64,000 nucleotides of DNA from Rhina ancylostomus (lineage: Eukaryota). Each line of letters begins with the position of its first letter. The first letter of the stretch is position 1. Under the pieces are notes generated by a model. The model did no database searches. It had not been told where the DNA came from and worked only from the letters and a program-made list of their open reading frames with translations. The DNA lies in the NCBI GenBank assembly GCA_030265395.1, contig JARFYF010000001.1, positions 93,534,488 to 93,598,487 on the forward strand. Reading direction: 5' to 3'. Below are positions 23,525-36,741 of the stretch, piece after piece. The translations under genes and the position numbers were made by a program.

Positions 23525-24265
23525 TAAGGTCAGGATTTCTTGCCCTTATCTGATTGCCCTTAAATGTGGTGCTGGCTTGCCTTTCTGAACCATTGCAATT
23601 TGCAGTCAAGGTTTTCACATGGTACTGTTAAATGGTGACTTGTAGGATTTTGGTCCAGCAACACTGAAGAAAGAAATGGCAATAAATTAGTCACCAGATG
23701 TGAGAGTTGCAGGCAAACATGGAGATAATATTCCTACATGTCTGCTGTCCTTAATAGATATCATAATTTTTGAAGATGCATTGGCAACTTGCTGCATCTT
23801 GTGGATAGCCCACAGTGCTGTCATGCTGTGCATTGTGGAAAGGTATATTGTTAAACTGGGGATACCAACCAAGTAGATGTTTTGTCCTGGATGGTGTTCA
23901 GCTGCTATGATATTACTGGAGCTGCACACATCCAAGCCACAACATTAACCCAGTTAAATCTCTGGTCAGTTGTTACACCTGGAATGTTGATATGTTGATT
24001 TTTGAATGTTGATAACCTGAATGTTGATTCTTCCATTGACTGCCAAGAGAATGTTGTTCAAAAGCTCCCTTGGAGGAGAGAGTCATTGTTGGGCACTTTT
24101 ATGCCATATTGCTCATCACTGATCAGTCAAAGCCCAAAATATTGTTTAGTGAACTGTGCTTAATTATGTTAGGAGTTGTGAATGGAAGTAGATTCTGCAT
24201 AATCATTTGTGAGCACTGACAGTTCTGGAAGACAGGTGATTGATTAAACAGTTGAAGAAGGTTGC
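23525..24265 (-). mobile_element. CR1-group (Zenon/Crack-like) LINE, degraded with deletions
   Basis: gctgcatcttgtggatagcccacagtgctg...ggggataccaaccaagtagatgttttgtcctggatggtgttcagc, homologous to 17770-17890. Confidence 0.7.
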
Positions 24266-26039
24266 CCCAGTCTTCTAGGGTCACCGGACCTTGCAGCTGA
24301 AATGATTACAAGTGATTTCATTCTGGTGTTTTCCTTTTCTGCGAATGATTCACCATCTCTCAAATCTGGGATGCCGATGTGCTATAATGCACCTCCAGTG
24401 AAATTATTGCACAAAACATGCAGTTACCTTGTGTCAAAACCTGACCATTCTGCAGAGTCAAATTTAATTGGCAAGGCTGGCAGTCATTACTTTAAAATTA
24501 GGTCATGCTTATCTGTTTGACTGAAAGCTAAATGGTAACACTGCAGTAATTTAAAGAAAAGTCGGCAGGAGCATTACATAAGCATGCTTCATCAGTCTAA
24601 CTTTCTGTAAAGTGGGACCTTGTTATATTGGAGTGGTTAAAAAAGAGCCTTGCATTTCCATGGCTCTGTATTGATTTTCAGGATTCATCATGATGCTTCC
24701 CAACGTAGAAGCTCAGAGAAGATTTGAAGTAAACACAGTGTGGCCCCAAAGCACTGAACACTCAAAAGCCACAAAATTTATTGAAGCTTTGTAGATGATC
24801 TGTGAGCCTCACCTTTTCCTCAAGTTTAATTAATCTATTTATAAAGGCAAAGCTGCACAGTTTACAAAATGGAAGAAATCAATAACAAAATGCAATGATA
24901 TAAAATGAATATGTCAGACCTGTGCATCTGTTTAGTATCTTGTCAAAATGAAGCACTGTGGTGTTGGTTTCAAAGGACTGAACTTGGAAGCTGCTGTATT
25001 TTACTTCATTTGAAGTGATTTCTTTCAACTTTAAAATGTTGACTCATGGGGAAGGATGGTGCTGAAGAGCTGAGATCAAAGCCAAAGAATAAAATGTCAC
25101 CATGTGATTGGGCCTGAGATCTGTTTTTAAATTCTATGGCCTTCTGCTTCTAGAAAAAAAGGAATTTTGAGTATCTGGTCCAATCCCAGATGGTTGATGC
25201 ATGGTAATAGACAATAACGAATGCATTGTACAATGGCAACTCAACAAGTAACCACAGGAATAGTGCAAGCCATTGGACCGTCAGCTCATTTTGGAAGTGA
25301 ATGACTTTGATACACATTTAAAATTTTTTTTAATGCTTTACAAAAATGAAAGAATGGTTTATTTTGTCCTTTCTTCTCTTTACTTCTTGTTTGTTTTTAG
25401 CTAGTGGAAGTCTCATGGGATGTACTGACTGGCAACCATATGTCAACTTGTGTATTGCATGTTTGGGTCAGACAGTGTGCATGTTGTGCACCCATGTGTT
25501 TGTATCCACTGTATCATTATGTATGGAATATTACACTGCACAGATTTGAGGTCTCGTGAATGCTGACAGCACAACAATACATTCCGGTTGCAAATCTATT
25601 AAAAATGTAATAATCCATAACACATAATGGAAGTTACTCATCCGGTGAATCTTCCTCAACTTAACATTTGAAAGTTGTTGATCAGCCTTTATTTTAAGAA
25701 GCACCTCATTTTTATTTATTTGCTGGCTATTTGGTCCTGGATTAGTTTTGTTCAGCAGCAACAAGAGGAGGTCACTTGAGAAAGAGAAGCTGAAGATCGG
25801 ATGTTGTTTCTTCTGCTTCATCTCAATTGAGTGCTGAAATATAAGGAGCAATGAGGTTGGCTTCCTCACTGGCGGAATTATCCTTGATATCATGATACTG
25901 TCATGATGCCAGGCCAGTAAACTAAGCCCCACGCAAGGCGGAAATGGCTGGCTAAAGTACAGACAATCCTGCACTCGCATGAATAAATATTATTTCTTCT
26001 TATACAATCAAAAGTATATTCAAAAATCTTGCTGGTTTA

Positions 26040-26262
26040 TGACAAGTCCCAAAGACATGCTGGTAGATTAATTGACTCCTGTAAATCACTCCGTAGTGTT
26101 GAAAAGTAGAAAAAGAATCCAATGGGAGTTGATGGGCACGTGAAAGAGAATTTGATGCAGGGGTACAAGGAAATAAGGAAAGGGGGAATGGGACTGATTA
26201 AATTGCTGTACTGTGAGCTGGTATGGAACTGCTGGCTGAATGCTCTCCATCTGTGATGTAGT
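26040..26262 (+). mobile_element. V-SINE 3' half with CR1-like tail, degraded
   Basis: tcccaaagacatgctggtagattaattgactcctgtaaatcactccgtagtgt ... gagctggtatggaactgctggctgaatgctctccatctgtg. Confidence 0.6.
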
Positions 26263-28544
26263 TCATTGGGGGAAAAAATCAATGTAATCTCTGCTGAAGT
26301 TATGAAAACTCACAGTTGGCAGCACTCAGGAATGTTCAATAACAGTTAATAACTCTGGTATATTTACTGAATAGGGAAGTTCAATATCTAAACTGGTTTG
26401 AAGTGGAATACTTAAACGGGACAAGTGCAGGTTGCATTGTGAAGATCAGAGGAAAAAAAGATTTGCCTTTTCAGCCATCTTTGTATTTCCCTGGAGATGT
26501 GTATTTCCTGTGACTTCTGCGGTCTTATGTACGATTCAAGTCTCGAGCATTTTGTGCTCTTTCCCCCTCCCGAACTCTCACTTTCTTCAATGGAACAAAA
26601 ATAAGTTAATGGCATTCTGTTTTGTTTCCACACCCCAACATGAAGTATGGAGGTCTGGTTATTTTGTTGATAAAACAGGCTTGAGGTTATCCCTAAACAA
26701 TATTTGCAATTCCAAACAACAAATCTGAATCACTGAGGAATCAAAGGGTTGGTAAGCATACCTTGGGTTAAATTGCTATCTGTATCACTTTCCCTGGTGC
26801 ATTTTGTTGCCAACACTATTATTATAAAATTAGGGTATCTGTTGGTATGTGATAAATATTACAAACATATGTAATAAATATTCCAAAGCTAGGAGGTGAA
26901 AGTGGAAATAGAAATGGCACTGTGGGTTGTGTTGGAGGTGGTTTGATATTATTCTGCCATTTGTGTTATTCAGTACCAGCATCTGTAATACTGCTGTGTA
27001 AAGAGTTCCTCCAAGAACTGAGTACTGCTTATTCATGTGAGCTTGGAATGAGGTTTCCTTGTAATTATGGTGGATTTCCATGATCACAAATGGCTTTTTT
27101 TTTACAGTGGCATCCTAAATAATGAGTTAAAGCTGCCTTGTTGAGTTTTAGTTTTGAAGCTGGCACTGAATCCTTGTTTTTTTTTCCCTTCCATAAATCC
27201 TTCCCCATGTGTTGCTACATGCAGAACAGGTGCAGAGATTGTTGTCAAAATGACATTTTGTCCTACTGTGATAAAAGTAGTGGAATGAGGGGATTTCTCT
27301 GTCATTTAACTGCATTGTGATATCTTCGTAAAGTTGCCAGAAAGAAATAGACACCTGAAGGGGAAAAAAACAGGAAAACAGTGAGAACCTGGGGGAAAGT
27401 ATAACTTGATGACTGGCTGGGGTGAAGGGAAGAATGTAGACTGATGACTGAAGGGCTGGGNNNNNNNNNNNNNNNNNNNNNNNNNNNNNNNNNNNNNNNN
27501 NNNNNNNNNNNNNNNNNNNNNNNNNNNNNNNNNNNNNNNNNNNNNNNNNNNNNNNNNNNNNNNNNNNNNNNNNNNNNNNNNNNNNNNNNNNNNNNNNNNN
27601 NNNNNNNNNNNNNNNNNNNNNNNNNNNNNNNNNNNNNNNNNNNNNNNNNNNNNNNNNNNNNNNNNNNNNNNNNNNNNNNNNNNNNNNNNNNNNNNNNNNN
27701 NNNNNNNNNNNNNNNNNNNNNNNNNNNNNNNNNNNNNNNNNNNNNNNNNNNNNNNNNNNNNNNNNNNNNNNNNNNNNNNNNNNNNNNNNNNNNNNNNNNN
27801 NNNNNNNNNNNNNNNNNNNNNNNNNNNNNNNNNNNNNNNNNNNNNNNNNNNNNNNNNNNNNNNNNNNNNNNNNNNNNNNNNNNNNNNNNNNNNNNNNNNN
27901 NNNNNNNNNNNNNNNNNNNNNNNNNNNNNNNNNNNNNNNNNNNNNNNNNNNNNNNNNNNNNNNNNNNNNNNNNNNNNNNNNNNNNNNNNNNNNNNNNNNN
28001 NNNNNNNNNNNNNNNNNNNNNNNNNNNNNNNNNNNNNNNNNNNNNNNNNNNNNNNNNNNNNNNNNNNNNNNNNNNNNNNNNNNNNNNNNNNNNNNNNNNN
28101 NNNNNNNNNNNNNNNNNNNNNNNNNNNNNNNNNNNNNNNNNNNNNNNNNNNNNNNNNNNNNNNNNNNNNNNNNNNNNNNNNNNNNNNNNNNNNNNNNNNN
28201 NNNNNNNNNNNNNNNNNNNNNNNNNNNNNNNNNNNNNNNNNNNNNNNNNNNNNNNNNNNNNNNNNNNNNNNNNNNNNNNNNNNNNNNNNNNNNNNNNNNN
28301 NNNNNNNNNNNNNNNNNNNNNNNNNNNNNNNNNNNNNNNNNNNNNNNNNNNNNNNNNNNNNNNNNNNNNNNNNNNNNNNNNNNNNNNNNNNNNNNNNNNN
28401 NNNNNNNNNNNTGTTACTTTTTTTAAATGAACTTTGTAACTAAATGTCCTCAGTTTTATTAAAACCTTGAAGCCTCCATGTAATAACTACATTGGAAGAA
28501 ATCATAGAAAAAAAAATTGAAAAAAATGCCACCTGTGCATAAAA

Positions 28545-28665
28545 TAAACCAAAAACATTCTCCAGAAGGAACTCCCTGGGTTAGGCAGCATCTGTGAAAG
28601 GAAATGGACGGTCAACATTTTAGGTGGAGACCTGATTGCAGCATCTGCAATCTCTTGGGTCTCCC
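28545..28665. mobile_element. Penelope-derived short element with a strand switch
   Basis: ggaactccctgggttaggcagcatctgtgaaaggaaatggacggtcaacattt (minus arm) followed by cagcatctgcaatctcttgggtctcc (plus tail). Confidence 0.7.
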
Positions 28666-29004
28666 TAAAATCAACGTATTTTGAGTGAAGCAAGCAAATT
28701 TAGCAGTTTTTAAAAGCCACCCAGCTCAATTGTTATTCTTTACCATCACATGTTTAACATATTCCAAGCATAACACTGCTGCCTTCTGTTGAAGACATCT
28801 GTCTGCTGCTTATTGCATAACTACTGTGGCCTTAGCTTTTCAGTGGGGGTGGAGGGGAGCTGAGTTTAAGGGTGGTGTGGCAGACACGGAGGTCCTATTG
28901 GACCATCCATGACTGTTGGAATGATCACTGCCTAATCTGTTGTGTTATCTCAGTCACCCTGCCCCCAAATTATGGTAGCAATGGAAACATTGCCACAAGA
29001 ATGA

Positions 29005-29130
29005 GGCTCTCAGATAGGGACATGAATAAGCAGAGAATGGAGGAATATGGACTTACGGAGGCAGAAGGGACTAGTTCAGTAGTCTTTTAATTAGTAGTTT
29101 AATTTGTTCGGCACAACATTGTGGGCCAAA
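29005..29130 (+). mobile_element. CR1 3' tail fragment
   Basis: agatagggacatgaataagcagagaatggaggaatatggac...ggcacaacattgtgggcc. Confidence 0.7.
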
Positions 29131-29809
29131 TGTGAAATTTCCTCCTGTCTCTATCTGCGGGAGGTGAGGTTGTGAAGCTGTGACTGAAGTTCCTCTCTGA
29201 TAAATTTTAGAATTTCAATGTGGATGCAATCAGTTCCACAGGCCTTGCTGTTCCGCAGTTGGCCTGTGGCTTTTTGTTTCTTGTCACCTTGAGGTGTTAG
29301 CAAGACTGGGCCTGGGAGTTTACTTTGAAAGGAGAAAGAAAGAAAACTATTGAGCTATTCTGGTATTGAGTGCTGGTTCTGTAGGTATCTATATCCATCT
29401 CCCTCCAAGTCTTCCACTTGCACAACTGTGCATTATAGCACAAATGTATAAAATACCCTGGAGGTCCGTTGCTGGCACATCTGACCTCGACTTTTACCAC
29501 AGCACTCACCACTGAGACCAGTAGTAGCTCTGAATCATACAGAGCTGGAGGCACTTAGCTTTACACAGACCATGACTGGCAATAGAGTAACACCTCCATT
29601 CATTTGAATGGGTTTGCCAACTTGAATTAGGAAGGCAACTTGAATGAGCAAAGTTTTTCTAATTCTTTGTGGGATTTAGATTTAATATAAAGTCAGACAT
29701 TAAAACAGTGAAGGAAACCTTAGTCATCAGTGAGCTGATTGCCACACATGGGCCACCCCATCTCCTGCAAGCTTGGCAGAGTGGAGGCCTCCAGTGTTTG
29801 GGTACCGAA

Positions 29810-29975
29810 CATAGACAAAGAACAGAGCAGCACAGGAACAGGCCCTTCGGCCCATCATGTCTGTACCAATCAGGATGCCAATCTAACTTATCCCATCTGC
29901 TTGCACATGGTGTGTATTCCTCTCTGCCTGTTCATGTCTTCCAAATGCCTCTTCAGTGTTGTTGTCATTGAATGA
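29810..29975 (-). mobile_element. CR1 3' tail fragment
   Basis: gaacagagcagcacaggaacaggcccttcggcccatcatgtctgtacc. Same family as 61430-61720. Confidence 0.8.
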
Positions 29976-30224
29976 TGTGGGCAAATATGACTGGGATGAC
30001 TGCAGACATTGGATTGGATTGGATTGAGCATGGTCTGTTACTTGTTTCAGGTTGATGATCTTTGAAACGTTTAACCTGAAACATTAAACCTGTACATACT
30101 TCTCGGGGATGCCGCTTGACTTGAGTACAGCATTCTCATTTCATTTCAGATTTCCACCATTTACATTATTTTGGTTTGAGGACTATTTGCACTTGGGCAG
30201 GATGAATGAAGATTAGTTTTTTGA

Positions 30225-30555
30225 GTTTTTAAGGGTTTTGATGAAGTCAAAATCACTCTTCTTTGATTGAAGAGTCATTGATGGCTTCATCAATTAAAAA
30301 TTATCATGAAGGTGGTGAAGATTGCTGAGGAAACATTTCTTCGCACTGAGTTGTTAAATCATGGAATGTTTTGCCAAAGGCAAAAGCTAATATTGAGAGA
30401 CTTGTGCATGTTTTAAAGGATAACTGATAAATATTTGAAGGAAAGGAGGAAGCACAACTATGGGTAGAGTATGTAGCAATGTGATTAGTTTTGTATTAGT
30501 CTTAAAAACAAGAACACAGGCATAATGAGATGAATGGGTTCAATTTGTGCTTTAA
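30225..30555 (+). mobile_element. CR1 3' end, strongly degraded
   Basis: gaggaaacatttcttcgcactgagttgttaaatcatggaatgttttgcc (RxxFFxxRVVxxWNxLP-like) and ctgataaatatttgaagg. Confidence 0.55.
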
Positions 30556-31119
30556 GCAGCAAAGTAATAGGGCTTATTTCTACTTGAGCAAACATGGTGA
30601 AATTGAGATTAACGGAGATTGTGTCGGTCTCAATAGGTTGAATACTGCTGAGAAAATGGAGTTAAAATGACTTCAGCTCTGCTGTTTCAAACAGGTCATT
30701 GGACCTTTTTATGAAAAATAGGCATGTTGATTAGTGGCCCACTTCTGGCAACCTATTCCTTGCAAAAGCAACTATGGAGTAGGATATTATCAAAATGCCT
30801 GCAAATAGCATTATTTTTGGGAAAAGAGACTTGGTGTTTTGGAAACCTTCCCAATTAATTATTAAATCCCACACATAATTTACTTTCCAGATTTTCAACA
30901 GAGTCCTTTTCAGAATTGCCTTTCTCAGTGTTTTCAAAAGATCATTGTTGGCTGTCGATGGAAAAAATATGCAGGAAGACTGGAGTGGCCTGTCAGCGCT
31001 TATGTATTTATTCTCTGAGACAATGAGATTTCTTCCATTATTTTTTGAGCTTCAGCTTTTCAAATGGGGAGGTTTTTGAGGGGGAGGGGAGAAACAGTGT
31101 GATTCAAGCTTCATTCCAG

Positions 31120-31207
31120 CCTTGGTGGGCACAATGACAGTAGAAGATATCGATCTGACTGATTTCCCCAGTCTTGTATCAGGCCACATTAATGGCCGAG
31201 GATTCAG
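31120..31207 (+). other. Candidate exon of an unidentified gene (MTVEDIDLTDFPSLVSGHINGRGF..)
   Basis: ttcattccAG acceptor, ATG at 31134 with A at -3, open frame to cag|GTattg donor. No homolog recognised. Confidence 0.15.
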
Positions 31208-33289
31208 GTATTGATTGGGTGTGTGGACTACAGTGCCAGGAACAGCACCATGCGATTAATTTTACTGGTATTGACATCCTGTTCTAATGTATTTTCGGGA
31301 TGTTTTAAGTGTTTCGTTGTGTGTGTGTAGCACACGTTTGAATATGTGCATTCAAGAATTCCAGCCATGCTCTACCTATTTATCTTTATCACCCTCGTCA
31401 TTGCATAGAAAAATGCACACCAAAGTACAATGTTTTGTATGAGGAGGTATTTCATGAAAGTTTACCCCCTCCCTTTCTTCTCAGTTGTTAGCCATTGGCT
31501 ATCCTGGCATATTCTCCAGAGGCAAGTGCACACCTTGGTTTGAAACACTGCAATTCTGAACTCACCACTGAGGTATTGATGCTGGCTCTCGGGTGCGCCT
31601 GCTCCTTTGAACTTCCTCATCCTTTTGCTCCATTTTTTCCCCTTGCCTTGGCTGGGAAGCCCCCAATCCCTTTGAAAGTGTATCAAGAGTATGTATTGGC
31701 CACAGGGTTACCAAGTATAACACTGTATCCCTCCACTACAATATGTGCTTCATATGATCAGTAAAATAGTAATTATTGAGGTGGATTGAATGCAAATAAT
31801 GCAGTTAGACCCATTTTAAATCACACATTCTCCTTAAATCCTATTTTTTATAGAATAATGAAGAGAAATAAGTGCACTGCTGATCAAATTAGCTCACTGC
31901 TTGGTCTATCTGTTTTGGTTTGTACCCCTCAACTGAATTTGTTACCTGTCAGTGATCAGATTCAAATATGCTTACATAGTCTAATGAGTGGAATATCATA
32001 ACCCATTCCTTCGGTTGGATGTACTTGGACGTCCTGGAGAAAAGGGTAAAATGATGCAAGAGGAACTCTTACTGACTTTTGGTGCAAAGTTATCCAAGTA
32101 GAACATTAGTAATGAGAGACCTGAATAAATGTTAAAACATTTTATTAATCACCATTGTTGCTATTCAGCTGAATCCACATTAGAATACTACTTCATGCCA
32201 GGTCAGTGCTCTATTTTCCTTCTCCCCAACCTTGCACCACATGCAACTGAGGGGATCTGGGGAAGATGTATTAACACTTTGTCTTGGGTGTGGTCAGTTA
32301 ATTTTGGTTATAGAATTGGTCAAATTCCATTTTTGTTCAGTGTCATTCCAGATTTTGTTTTAAACTTGTGTCTGAGCAATTGACCCTATCCAATTGTAAT
32401 TAGGCACATTTGTAACTTGTTCAAGTCCAGTTCCTTATCAATATCTTGCCATTGTATTTTGTTTACCCAATCATTCCAAATGCTGGGGAGAGGAGAAAGC
32501 AATGAAAATCTGGGAGCTGCTTCCACTCATTCCACATAGGGTTCACTGCAAGGTAATCCATCTGATGAGAAAAATCAGTGCATCCAGCATTGACAAAATG
32601 GTTTATTACTGCATTGATAGAATGGGGTTTGTTCCTGTATGCTGTATTGATGGGCTTTATATGTACTAAATAGCTGGCTTATTAGTCCATCTAGCATTGA
32701 TGTAGTTTGTCACCATTTAGAATATTGACCAAAAAAGGCTTGTTACTTAACAATGTGAAGCTCCTTATTGATCAATTTATTACTGTTTGTTGCAGTGGTG
32801 AAATTTAATTTATGGCTGTGTTGCACACAGTTGGCCAATAAACCTGGAAGAGAGTGTAGTAAGTGGAATGTTTTGATCAGATCTGCCTTTCCTATAGTTA
32901 ATATGGTTCAAACACTGGTTTGAGCTCCTGACAACATTTGTAAATAATTCAGGATTCTGAAGTACAGTGGACCCTTTTTATTTAAATTTCCCAACTGAAC
33001 TTTTTGCAAATAATTAAACTAAAAGCAATAAGATGATGAAATAATAAGAACTAACTGAAATCGATGAAGAGACGAGGGCTATGCAAGTATTGAAATCAGC
33101 TAAAGTGGGATTATGGTTTGAGTGATGGATTTTAGTTGGCTTTTAGAAAGCATCTTTAGAAATTGTTTTGTTCTAGGATTACTGGAAATGAAGATAGGTG
33201 TAAAGAGTAAATTGTGCAACAAATCGTACTGAAAAGGAACTTTTTTTTTGGTTGAGTCATTCAAAGTCTGTGGTGAAAGATTGGCCAAC

Positions 33290-34025
33290 ACTTAAAGCAC
33301 CTTTTCACAACTTCTGGACATCCCAAAGCACTGTACAGCCAATCGGGCAACTTTTAAGGTGTAGACTCTGTTGTAATGAAGGAAACAGAGCAGCTAATTT
33401 GCACCCAGCAACCTCCCACAAGCTTCAGTGCAATAATGACCAAATATGTCCTCAGTAATGTTGGATGATGGGTAATTATTAAACAAGTCACCGATGATGG
33501 GTCCCGTGCTCCGAAAAGCAGAACCATGGTCTGTTTCCACCGATTGAAGTCGAGGGCAGTCTGTTTTAATGTTTTATCTGGTACTACGTACCAGCAACAA
33601 AAGAAACACACCGAGACATGTATAAGTGTTAAAAACTTCATTATTAATAACTACTTATGATNNNNNNNNNNNNNNNNNNNNNNNNNNNNNNNNNNNNNNN
33701 NNNNNNNNNNNNNNNNNNNNNNNNNNNNNNNNNNNNNNNNNNNNNNNNNNNNNNNNNNNNNCTACATCCAGGAATGGTTCTTAAAGTTCAGTTCAGCAAG
33801 CCAGAAGGTAAAACGTGAGTAAAGGCTTCTGCAACAACCACCGTTGTCTGGAGATAAAGCATTGATGCAGAGAGATATCTATTAATATCTTAATATCTAT
33901 AATGGCATGGTGCTCAATGTTTGGCATTGGGTTGTCAGCCTAGATTTTTGTGCTCTGATCCATGCCATGAAATTTAATGCACAAGCATCTAACTAGGAGG
34001 CAGTAGTACTACCAACTGAGCCATT
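33290..34025 (-). mobile_element. DeuSINE (SacSINE1-like), split by a younger insertion at about 33580-33900
   Basis: Tail/Deu domain at 33290-33580 (ggacatcccaaagcactgtacagccaat...cagctaatttgcacccagcaacctcccacaa). Head at 33900-34023 (gtcagcctagatttttgtgctc...ctaccaactgagcca). Confidence 0.8.
33580..33885. mobile_element. Probable LTR-retrotransposon LTR fragment spanning an N-gap
   Basis: CpG-retaining block foreign to the flanking DeuSINE (gtactacgtaccagcaacaaaagaaacacaccgag...). The LTR assignment rests only on recalled resemblance to ray repeats. Confidence 0.4.
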
Positions 34026-34139
34026 GTGGCCTCTTCAACTGACTAAATTTAGGTATGCAAATTTGAATTCGGCCAGAGTGTTTGAAATGAATATTTTAAT
34101 TTAATTCACTGGTGAATTAAAATGGGTTGATAACGCTTA

Positions 34140-34240
34140 ACTAAAAACAGGAAATGATGGATGCACTCAGGAGGTCAGGCAGCATCTAAGGAAGGAGAAA
34201 CAGCCTTAATATTTTGGGTTGAAGACCCTTTGTCAGAATT
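34140..34240 (-). mobile_element. Penelope-derived short element
   Basis: actcaggaggtcaggcagcatctaaggaaggagaaacag...gggttgaagaccctttgtcagaa (decayed hammerhead on the minus strand). Confidence 0.7.
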
Positions 34241-35022
34241 CTATTAGATTTGATTTCTTTCAAGAATGTTCTCAGTCAGATGCTTGTCTGTGGTATGAAG
34301 ATTTTCCCGGCAAGGTGCTCTTGATTTTGCTGGTCTTGTTAGTATGGAAATAGTGAAAATATTTGATTTGTCTGTAACTTGAGTAGAAATGGAACAATTA
34401 GGACTCAAGAAAGTTTTCTGCTGGTCAAGTCCATGCTGACTCCCTTGGATTAGTCAGTACTGTTCTCCTGCTCTTTCTCCAGAGCTCTGCACATTATTTT
34501 TCCTCAATTGTCTTTTAAATTACCTTTTGAAAATGATGATTAACTCTGTTTTNNNNNNNNNNNNNNNNNNNNNNNNNNNNNNNNNNNNNNNNNNNNNNNN
34601 NNNNNNNNNNNNNNNNNNNNNNNNNNNNNNNNNNNNNNNNNNNNNNNNNNNNNNNNNNNNNNNNNNNNNNNNNNNNNNNNNNNNNNNNNNNNNNNNNNNN
34701 NNNNNNNNNNNNNNNNNNNNNNNNNNNNNNNNNNNNNNNNNNNNNNNNNNAATTCTTAGTCATAATCACATTGTGCTTAAAGTTTTTCCTCAAACCCCCA
34801 TTATACCTTTTGCCCAAAAATAAATTCATGTCCTAAGACTTCGAGTCATTTGCTGAAGGGAACAGCTTCTCTCAATTTACCCAACCAGATTTGTGATCTG
34901 GAATATCTCTTCTTTGCTCCATTTTAGATCTCTGGGTATACCAAAATAGTTTGCAGTTCCTGAAGTACTTTTGAATTGTATTCATTCTTACAATGCAGCC
35001 AAAAGTACTGAATAAATAGATT

Positions 35023-35615
35023 CACAAGAGACTGCTGTTGCTGGAATTCAGAGCAAAAAACAAACTGCTGGAGGAACTCAATGGACCAGGCAGCATCGAT
35101 GGAGGGAAATGCAGAGTTGGATCTCAGATGGAGTTTGATAGGAAAGGAAGGTGGAGCAGGGAACCAAATAAGGGATGTGTGGTGGGCCTACACCCCCAGC
35201 CCCCAACAACCAGTCTCTTACTCCTGCACCTACTCCATCTGCCCATCATCCACGTACTTATCCCACCCCTCAATGTTCCCTTTGGCCCACCCCACCTCCT
35301 TTATTTGGATCCATGCTCCACTTTCCTATCCAGTTCTATCATCTGCAGCCCTCCGTCACCTCCATCAATTGCCTTCCAGCTTCATTTGCTATTTCCACAC
35401 TTCTCTCAATCTGCCAAACACCCCTCCTTGCCTGGATCCATTTATCAGTTGCCAGCTCATCCCCACCCTTCCACTCACCTCTTATACTGGCTAACCTGCC
35501 TCTACTCTTTCAGCCCAAATCAAGGGTCATGACCCAAAACATCAACTGTCCATTTTCATCCACAGATGCTACCTGACCCACAGTTCCTCCAGCAGTTTGT
35601 TTCTGATACTGAATC
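35023..35615. mobile_element. Non-autonomous Penelope derivative with inverted terminal arms and a pyrimidine-rich interior
   Basis: aaacaaactgctggaggaact (about 35058-35078) is inverted relative to agttcctccagcagtttgttt (about 35582-35602). Decayed hammerhead at 35511-35548. Confidence 0.8.
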
Positions 35616-36290
35616 TCTGCCTCCTCCTGAAATCCCTGCATCACAATACCAATCGTCAACCAATTTCATTCACTCCACGTGATGTAAATAAAATAGCTGA
35701 CAACATTGGACAGAGCAAATGCCATGGGACCAGACAACATTCCAGCTGTAATACTGAATATCTTTACTTCAGAACTAGCTGCACCTGTAATGAGCTGTTC
35801 GTGAACAATTAATGTGCCCAGGAAAATCCTGTTCACAAAATTCAATCTAATCCAATCCTGCTAATTACCACCCAGTAAAGTGATGGAAGGTGTTAGTGAT
35901 GTCAGGCTGTATTTACTCACCATGATCTCCTCACTGATACCCAGTTCAGGTTTCACCAGGATCACTTAGCTCTGCACCTCATCACAATGCTGGTTCAAAC
36001 ATGGACCAGACAGTGAAATTCCAGCAGTGAGATGAAAGTGACTGCCTTTGACATCATGGCAGCATCTGAGCAAGTGTGGCATCGAGGAAAGCTTGTAAAA
36101 CTGAAGGCAAGGGGACATCAAGAGAAAAATACTCAAGTGGTTGGAGTACGCTGAAAAATACTTGCATAAGGAAGATGATGGTGGTTGTTTCAGGTCAATT
36201 ATCCCGGTCCTGGGACATCACTGAGCAAACACCTTCAAGGCAGTTTTCTGGGATCAACCTGCTTTAACAATGACTTTCCTTCTGCATGCA

Positions 36291-36650
36291 TAGAGTCATA
36301 CAGCATGGAAACAGGCCCTTTAGCTCAATTCGTCCATGCTGACTGTGTTGCCCAGTGAGCTAGTCCCATCTGCCCGTGTTTGGCCCATAGCCCTCTTAAC
36401 CTCTCCTATTCGTGTATGTACCTAGATGGTTTTTAAACATTGCTAATGGCTCTGCCTCAACCACTATTTCTGGTAGCTCATTCCAAATGTGCAGAACCCT
36501 TTGCATGAAGAAGCTGCCCTTAATGTCCCTTTTAAATCTCTTGCCTCTGATCTCAAACCTATGCCCTCTTGTTCTAAGTGCCCCTTCCTGGGGAAAAAGA
36601 CTGTGTGCTTTCACCATGTCTGTGCCCCTCTTGATCTGGTATACCTCTGT
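36291..36650 (-). mobile_element. CR1 3' end nested in the older LINE
   Basis: ORF RTRGHRFEIRGKRFKRDIKGSFFMQRVLHIWNELP and tail tagagtcatacagcatggaaacaggccc. Confidence 0.9.
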
Positions 36651-36741
36651 CATCATAAGGTCAGAAGTGTTCAGTTTGCAACTTCTCAGCCAATGAAGCA
36701 GTCCATACCTGCATGCAGCAAGACCCTGACATTAGGGCATA

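Noticed and set aside
27444-28430. 328-aa ORF and other X-filled ORFs (e.g. 37457-38215)
   Set aside because: These are artefacts of translating through N-gaps.
35038-35576. Three overlapping 133-164 aa ORFs
   Set aside because: They lie in the C/T-rich interior of a Penelope derivative, where stop codons are compositionally rare.
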